21,359 bases of DNA from an archaeon (GTDB lineage Archaea > Asgardarchaeota > Thorarchaeia > Thorarchaeales > Thorarchaeaceae). The stretch lies in NCBI GenBank assembly GCA_024275415.1, contig JAJRZD010000117.1:1-21359 (forward strand), written 5' to 3'. The notes beneath the pieces were generated by a model. That model was not told the DNA's origin. It was given only the letters and a program-made list of their open reading frames with translations, and searched no databases. The position numbers and the translations under genes were made by a program. Position 1 is the first letter of the stretch; each line of letters starts with the position of its first letter. Positions 16,336 to 21,359 of this stretch are shown here, piece by piece.

Positions 16336-16451
16336 TGGCGCTGAGGGAGAGATTCGAACTCTCGAGTCTTACGACACTGGATTAGCAATCCAGCTCCATA
16401 TTGCCCCATGCACACCCAGATGTGTGCTAGCCCAGGCTTGGATACCTCAGC
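16336..16451 (-). tRNA. tRNA-Ser(GCT) with 31-nt D-loop intron (19/20; 16401-16431), CCA encoded
   Basis: Acceptor GCTGAGG/CCTCAGC, G73 and CCA. Anticodon arm CTGGA-TTGCTAA-TCCAG. Variable arm GTC-GTAA-GAC. T-arm GAGAG-TTCGAAT-CTCTC. Removing the BHB-defined intron restores the D-arm TCCA-AGCCTGGTA-TGGA. Confidence 0.92.
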
Positions 16452-16728
16452 ATTTCGTGCGTCAAACTCGGAACCTAATCTTCTCATAAAGATTGTGACA
16501 GAGTACCGCTATGCCAACGACTGCTAGTACAATCATTATTTACGTTCCGGACTAAGTATTAGTGATGATAATCAATCTCATTACCTGATGAGATGTTATT
16601 GACATCCTTGGTTTCGCTGGCCAATGACCTTCGATAGCAGTTCAATACTGGCGTCAAGTACTTTATTTTCGCCTTTGCCTTACGATTCAGCGATTATGAA
16701 GGCAAGAGCCAATGCATTCCCGTCGTTC

Positions 16729-17091
16729 TCAGGAATGGTAGTAGATCCACATCGCGCTGGCACTGGCGCGCATGTGCATCTCCATAAATATTCGGTCATC
16801 TTCTTGGACATCGGTTTGTGCTATCCCTGCTCGCTTTGAGCATCGATAAGCAACACACGAAATCAGATAGAACATTGGAAAGAGGGAAACTATCAGTTTC
16901 GATGCCCAAATCGCCAAGTCATCTAATGAAAAGGTGATTGTGATATAGGCTCCGATTGCCAAAATAATGACAATGAAAACGGGATTGACCGTTCGGATCC
17001 ATAACTTCTCTCCTCCATTTTCTGTTGCACCTGCGAGGAATTGCTGGATAGCGAGTATGAGCAGCGAGTATTCTTTCAATGAACATGCCAT
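16729..17091 (-). CDS. Hypothetical membrane protein (uncertain ORF)
   Basis: 120-aa ORF with two hydrophobic segments (VFIVIILAIGAYITITF; LIVSLFPMFYLISCVAY). Its 3' end overlaps a competing small ORF. Confidence 0.35.
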   Translation of the reverse strand: MACSLKEYSLLILAIQQFLAGATENGGEKLWIRTVNPVFIVIILAIGAYITITFSLDDLAIWASKLIVSLFPMFYLISCVAYRCSKRAGIAQTDVQEDDRIFMEMHMRASASAMWIYYHS

Positions 17092-17154
17092 ACCTATTAT
17101 CTTAACGTTGCCATCTCGACCACAAGGAATAGGTCATAGTAATGGGATTCCCCA

Positions 17155-17388
17155 TCAATTTAGAGGAGGTTCTTCAGGGGGCATCCCGCGCCTTGAGAGG
17201 GTGTTTTTGTACCAAAGAACAAACAGAACGGTGACTGGCAGGACAATCAGAAGAAGGACTGTGGTATTCTCGAATGGCATCGCAAAGAGCATGAGCGAGC
17301 CCGGGGATGCAAGAAGGATGAGGAACAAAATCACAACGGCCTTCCTTGATGAGTTATCTTCTGCATGCGCATCTCTGTCCACATCCAT
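17155..17388 (-). CDS. Small two-TM hypothetical membrane protein
   Basis: 77 aa with two clear TM stretches, charged termini and a purine-rich GGGGA upstream of the ATG. Confidence 0.55.
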   Translation of the reverse strand: MDVDRDAHAEDNSSRKAVVILFLILLASPGSLMLFAMPFENTTVLLLIVLPVTVLFVLWYKNTLSRRGMPPEEPPLN

Positions 17389-17559
17389 CGATTATTCCCC
17401 ATGAAAGAAGAGAAACGGATTGTGATAAAAGGGATGTCCAAGTGGCAGAGAGAATGTGATATCTTCAGCAACCGTTTCTGCCTTAGCAGACTCAATCCTT
17501 TTTAGCCGTTCTAACCTTTAGATTAATAGTCTTTCAGACTAAAGTCATCATGACCGGCG

Positions 17560-19380
17560 ATGACAAAGATACTTCGTGACAGGAACATGGTAGAAGTCAT
17601 AGGACGACGCTTCATTCTGGGATTTATCATTGCAATCATGTTCGGGCTTTTGATCGTTACACTAGTGCCAAGCGTATCAGTATCACCTGTGGAAGTTGAG
17701 AAGGGGAACCGAATTTCGAGCTTGGTGGGATACGAGTCATTCACTGAACCTCTGACATTGAGCACGCCAATAGTCATTCTCAACTCGACTCCTTTCAGAT
17801 TGGCAGATGATTGGGAGATTGGAGGAGAGGTGATAGATTTCGGGAGAAATGATGCTTTTTCAATCACAGAGAACGGACGTGAAACCGAGATTTTTCTTGA
17901 GAATTCCGAGGTGTTTCTAAGGCATGTATCACATTTTGATATTGGGAGAGAAGGTCAGTTCTCATTCAGTGTCAGGCTGCGAGGAATAGTAGGGAGTGTC
18001 AATGCGGGGATAGCCATGTCGATATGGAAACCATATAGTAGTTTGCCTGATGAAATAATCAAAAGCGAGTGTTTGATAATCGAACCTGGGGATACATTTT
18101 CGGTTGACCTGAATGTCACACTAGCAGACATACGTCTTATGACTGATAAGGAGATAAGAAGTGTCATCTTCACAATCACACTTGGAGGAACTGGGCCATC
18201 AGTCTTGGCCGTTCAGGATGTCGTCATCAGCTTGTCTGTTTCGGACAGGTTAAGCTCCTTATCGATTGATATCCAGTCACTGGAGGGAAATAGTGTCTTT
18301 GCGGCTCCCGCATCTCCTAATCTGGTGCGATTGTATGTAAGCAGCTATGAGAATTCCAGTTATGGAGGGATAATCTATATCTCACGGGTAAACGACACAG
18401 TCCTACTCGGTCCGGGCAACTATTCGCTGCGAGTGGATCCATATTATGACTACTTGGAAGGGATAGGGCCTATCAATTGTACCATAAGTATCAACGAGGG
18501 CATCGAATCGATACTCTATTACCAACTCCCATTCGTACGTGTGTTCCTCGACATTCAACCTGATGTCCCCTATATCGAGTTGAGCCTTCTTTATGAGAAC
18601 GATTGGTACTATCTTTACTTCAGTTTCCAACAGCTATTTCCCAGCTTCATCTATATCCCTTTTGAAGAGGGGGTACTGGAATTGGAGATTTACATCCCAG
18701 CTCACTCTGATTCCCCCCATAGTGAGATCCTAGGTTATAGGATCAGTGTAGACATGGATTTTCCAAGAGATATATCACTAAAGACTCGATTTCCTTATTT
18801 TGTTGTTGCGAAAATCACTGTCGCTCCGGGAGAATTGATACTAGGGCTCCTTATCATATCTCTCATATCCTCGGCCGTATTTCGTGAGAGGAAAACAAGG
18901 AATTGGGGCACTCGTACCATTTTGAGTTTCTGTCGGGATCATTGGGCAGGAGTCATTATTCTTATTGGTCTGTTCATGCCGTGGTTTGTTTCAAGTCACT
19001 CTCGTTTTTACAGCAGGCCACCAGCCACTACATACAGATGGATTCTAGGACCGAAAATGTTCGTTGTCGATGGTTCTAGCCAATATCATTGGATTGTGGT
19101 CGATGATAACATCATATGGCTGTTCGTTCTATTCATTGTACTGCTGGTGATGTATCAAGACCAACGCAGGTATGGATGGGCTTGGGGAAGAAGGTATGGG
19201 CTAATCCTTGGACTTGTGGTTATCATTGGCGGTTGCATGTACCTGTTGCTTCCATCTCGATGGACAGTAGGATTTGGGTTGTATCTTCTATTCACGGCAT
19301 TCTTCGTGCGAATCGGGGAGATAGTAATTTATCCCAGGGTTTCTCACCTGTTCAGAGTAAGATGGAGTAGAATCAGATGA
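17560..19380 (+). CDS. Large hypothetical membrane protein: N-terminal signal/TM, ~390-aa beta-rich ectodomain, ~5 C-terminal TM helices
   Basis: 606-aa ORF with a hydropathy pattern visible in the translation and six N-x-S/T sequons in the central region. Alternative start at 17587. Confidence 0.8.
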   Translation: MTKILRDRNMVEVIGRRFILGFIIAIMFGLLIVTLVPSVSVSPVEVEKGNRISSLVGYESFTEPLTLSTPIVILNSTPFRLADDWEIGGEVIDFGRNDAFSITENGRETEIFLENSEVFLRHVSHFDIGREGQFSFSVRLRGIVGSVNAGIAMSIWKPYSSLPDEIIKSECLIIEPGDTFSVDLNVTLADIRLMTDKEIRSVIFTITLGGTGPSVLAVQDVVISLSVSDRLSSLSIDIQSLEGNSVFAAPASPNLVRLYVSSYENSSYGGIIYISRVNDTVLLGPGNYSLRVDPYYDYLEGIGPINCTISINEGIESILYYQLPFVRVFLDIQPDVPYIELSLLYENDWYYLYFSFQQLFPSFIYIPFEEGVLELEIYIPAHSDSPHSEILGYRISVDMDFPRDISLKTRFPYFVVAKITVAPGELILGLLIISLISSAVFRERKTRNWGTRTILSFCRDHWAGVIILIGLFMPWFVSSHSRFYSRPPATTYRWILGPKMFVVDGSSQYHWIVVDDNIIWLFVLFIVLLVMYQDQRRYGWAWGRRYGLILGLVVIIGGCMYLLLPSRWTVGFGLYLLFTAFFVRIGEIVIYPRVSHLFRVRWSRIR

Positions 19381-19847
19381 AGCTCGACTCTTCTGAGAGA
19401 ACAAGACTCCCATTCCCATTCAAACTTGGAGAAACAACATGGAAAGTCCTCATTGCGATACTGAGCCTACATCGCCCGATAGGACCCAGAGAGCTAAGCA
19501 AGCGACTAAACCTGAGCAGTCCGAGTGTAGGCTTGTATCACTTGGAAAAGCTTGTCGAGCATAGAATGCTAGAAAAGAACGTGCATGGAGAGTACTGGAT
19601 CCGTGAGGATGTCGACCTTGAGTTTTTGGAGAACTTCCTGTTCTTTGAGAGTCTTGCCATCCCAAGGTTTGTTCTTTATGCAGCGTTCTTTACTGGACTT
19701 CTCATTGTCTATGCCATGATGACACATTTTGACTATAGCATTCACAATGTCTTTGCACTCGCTTTTGGCATCGCAGGTTTTTCGTTCTTCTGGTATGAAG
19801 TGCAGAAGATTAGAGGGCAGTCCAAGGGACTAATCTCGTCAGACTAG
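19377..19847 (+). CDS. Membrane-anchored winged helix-turn-helix (ArsR-like) protein
   Basis: N-terminal 'IGPRELSKRLNLSSPSVGLYHLEKLVE...GEY' wHTH and two C-terminal TM segments; ATGA overlap with the upstream stop. Confidence 0.8.
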   Translation: MKLDSSERTRLPFPFKLGETTWKVLIAILSLHRPIGPRELSKRLNLSSPSVGLYHLEKLVEHRMLEKNVHGEYWIREDVDLEFLENFLFFESLAIPRFVLYAAFFTGLLIVYAMMTHFDYSIHNVFALAFGIAGFSFFWYEVQKIRGQSKGLISSD

Positions 19848-19869
19848 CCGGAATTATAGCGTTGTTTTG

Positions 19870-19899
19870 AAAAGAAGAAGAAATGGGGCGAGCGCCCCA
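19870..19899 (-). terminator. Terminator of tuf
   Basis: TGGGGC/GCCCCA GC-rich hairpin followed by TTTCTTCTTCTTTT on the minus strand, 15 nt past the tuf stop. Confidence 0.65.
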
Positions 19900-19913
19900 A
19901 AACTGTGTTGAAA

Positions 19914-21215
19914 CTATTTCTTGGTAACGTCGAGAACGACACCAACGGCAACAGTCATTCCCATGTCACGCACTGCGAACCGCCCTAGTTGTGGCAGTTC
20001 CTTGTACTTCTCGATGACCATCGGCTTCAAAGGAACGAGCTTGGCAATCATCGACTCGCCCTTCTTCACGAAATCGGGGTTCTCCTCGATGACCTGACCA
20101 CTTCTCTGGTCAAGCTTCTTCTGGAGCTCGTCGAACCTGCATGCTACTTGAGCAGTGTGCGCGTGAATCACAGGTGTGTAACCAACGGTGATTGCTGTCG
20201 GGTGCTGGATGACCATCACTTGGCCTGTATATGCAGAAGCGACAGTAGGTGGTGCATCGACAGGTCCGGCAACATCGCCACGACCAAGATCCTTCCTCTC
20301 GATACCACGGATGTTGAACCCGATGTTATCTCCTGGGACAGCCTCGTTCAGCTGTTCATGGTGCATCTCGATCGATTTTATTTCACCGGTCTTGTTGGGA
20401 GGCATGAATGTGACCTTCATACCCACCTTCATGACGCCAGTTTCGACACGACCGACTGGGACTGTACCTACACCCTTGATGGAATATACATCGTTGATAG
20501 GCACACGTAGTGGCTTGTCGATAGGCTTCGGTGGAAGCTTGACCTCATCGAGCGCCTCTAGGAGGCTAGGGCCCTTGTAGAATGGTGTAAGGTCTGGTGT
20601 CTTCGCCTTCAGGTTCGCAGCTGAGAGGGCTGAAGTGGGAATGAAGGGGATGTTGTCAGTCTTGTACCCGATTCCCTTCAAGAACTCTGCTACCTCTTCC
20701 TTGACCTCGTTGTATCGATCCTCGCTGTAGTTGACGCTCTCATCGTCCATCTTGTTAATACAGACAATCATTGACGGGACACCGAGGGTCATACACAGGT
20801 ACGCATGCTCCTTGGTCTGTCCACCAGGACCTATCCCTGCTTCGAACTCACCCTTCTTCGCTGATACGACAAGTAGTGCGACATCCGCCTGTGAGGCTCC
20901 TGTAATCATATTTTTGATGAAGTCTTTATGCCCAGGGGCGTCAATAATTGTGTAATAGTACTTGTCAGTCAGGAATTTGAAGAATGCGATATCGATAGTG
21001 AGACCACGTTCTCGTTCTTCCTTCAGGCGGTCCAGTGCAAAAGCCCATGCCCAGCTGGGCCGCCCAAGTTTCTCTGCTTCGGCCTTATGCTGTTGGAAAG
21101 TACGCTCATCAACAGCGCCTGTTTCGTAGAGCAGTCTGCCAGTCATGGTGGACTTGCCATGGTCGACATGTCCAACGACGACGAGGTTAAGATGCTCTTT
21201 CTCTTTCTTGGACAA
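19914..21215 (-). CDS. tuf: Elongation factor 1-alpha (aEF1A)
   Basis: [42 protein letters not shown] and [10 protein letters not shown] motifs. TTG start at 21215 gives 433 aa and follows AGGAG. The track's 33-aa N-terminal extension is not homologous. Confidence 0.97.
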   Translation of the reverse strand: MSKKEKEHLNLVVVGHVDHGKSTMTGRLLYETGAVDERTFQQHKAEAEKLGRPSWAWAFALDRLKEERERGLTIDIAFFKFLTDKYYYTIIDAPGHKDFIKNMITGASQADVALLVVSAKKGEFEAGIGPGGQTKEHAYLCMTLGVPSMIVCINKMDDESVNYSEDRYNEVKEEVAEFLKGIGYKTDNIPFIPTSALSAANLKAKTPDLTPFYKGPSLLEALDEVKLPPKPIDKPLRVPINDVYSIKGVGTVPVGRVETGVMKVGMKVTFMPPNKTGEIKSIEMHHEQLNEAVPGDNIGFNIRGIERKDLGRGDVAGPVDAPPTVASAYTGQVMVIQHPTAITVGYTPVIHAHTAQVACRFDELQKKLDQRSGQVIEENPDFVKKGESMIAKLVPLKPMVIEKYKELPQLGRFAVRDMGMTVAVGVVLDVTKK

Positions 21216-21359
21216 GGCATTTAATCTCCTTATACGTTTATAGCGAATCCCCTGACAAGGGAACCTGCTCGCTGTCACTTCGGGGGATGCTTTTAACGCT
21301 TTCGACAAGACCACCTGACCAATGGAATGAAGGAGCGAGTCAAGAAGAGATATATCTTG

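Noticed and set aside
16687-16731. Selenocysteine read-through of the TGA ending the 120-aa ORF
   Set aside because: Read-through adds only ~13 unremarkable residues before another TGA; no redox motif or recognisable SECIS.
16967-17404. 145-aa plus-strand ORF
   Set aside because: Antisense to two better-supported hydrophobic ORFs; no motifs.
16452-19913. tRNA-targeted integrative element
   Set aside because: The block lies on the 5' side of the tRNA, with no duplicated tRNA 3' end, integrase, transposase or terminal repeats visible.
19914-21314. 466-aa EF-1alpha with N-terminal extension, or a SelB/Hbs1-like paralog
   Set aside because: The first 33 codons cover the Shine-Dalgarno and leader; the core motifs are canonical aEF1A.
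1-21359. CRISPR arrays, IS elements, rRNA genes, inteins
   Set aside because: No regularly spaced repeats, transposase motifs, rRNA signatures or intein insertions seen; all long ORFs have normal lengths for their families except ndk and DUF362.

Overview
Core archaeal chromosome segment, most likely from an Asgard archaeon. Thorarchaeia-like is an inference from the Arf-like small GTPase, a eukaryote-like tRNA-Pro, and the presence of G1PDH. Left to right: the 3' part of a metallophosphoesterase, an intron-containing tRNA-Pro(CGG), a DUF362 protein, an orphan C5-cytosine methyltransferase coupled to a SPOUT-like gene, and a four-gene modified mevalonate operon (mvk, UbiD-type decarboxylase, both AcnX dehydratase subunits). 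Next come a truncated rpoD-rpl18e-rpl13-rps9-rpoN-rps2 operon, a small GTPase, egsA, and rpl7ae-rps28e-rpl24e with a canonical kink-turn covering the rpl7ae ribosome-binding site. These are followed by an inverted, C-terminally extended ndk, aIF5B, an SRP (7S) RNA with non-canonical loops and a tRNA-Ser(GCT) with a D-loop intron. A ~3.3 kb accessory block encodes small membrane ORFs and a large surface/membrane protein coupled to a membrane-anchored winged-HTH regulator. The window ends with EF-1alpha. No CRISPR array, transposase or integrase was seen. All assignments come from motif recognition and manual RNA folding; no searches were run.
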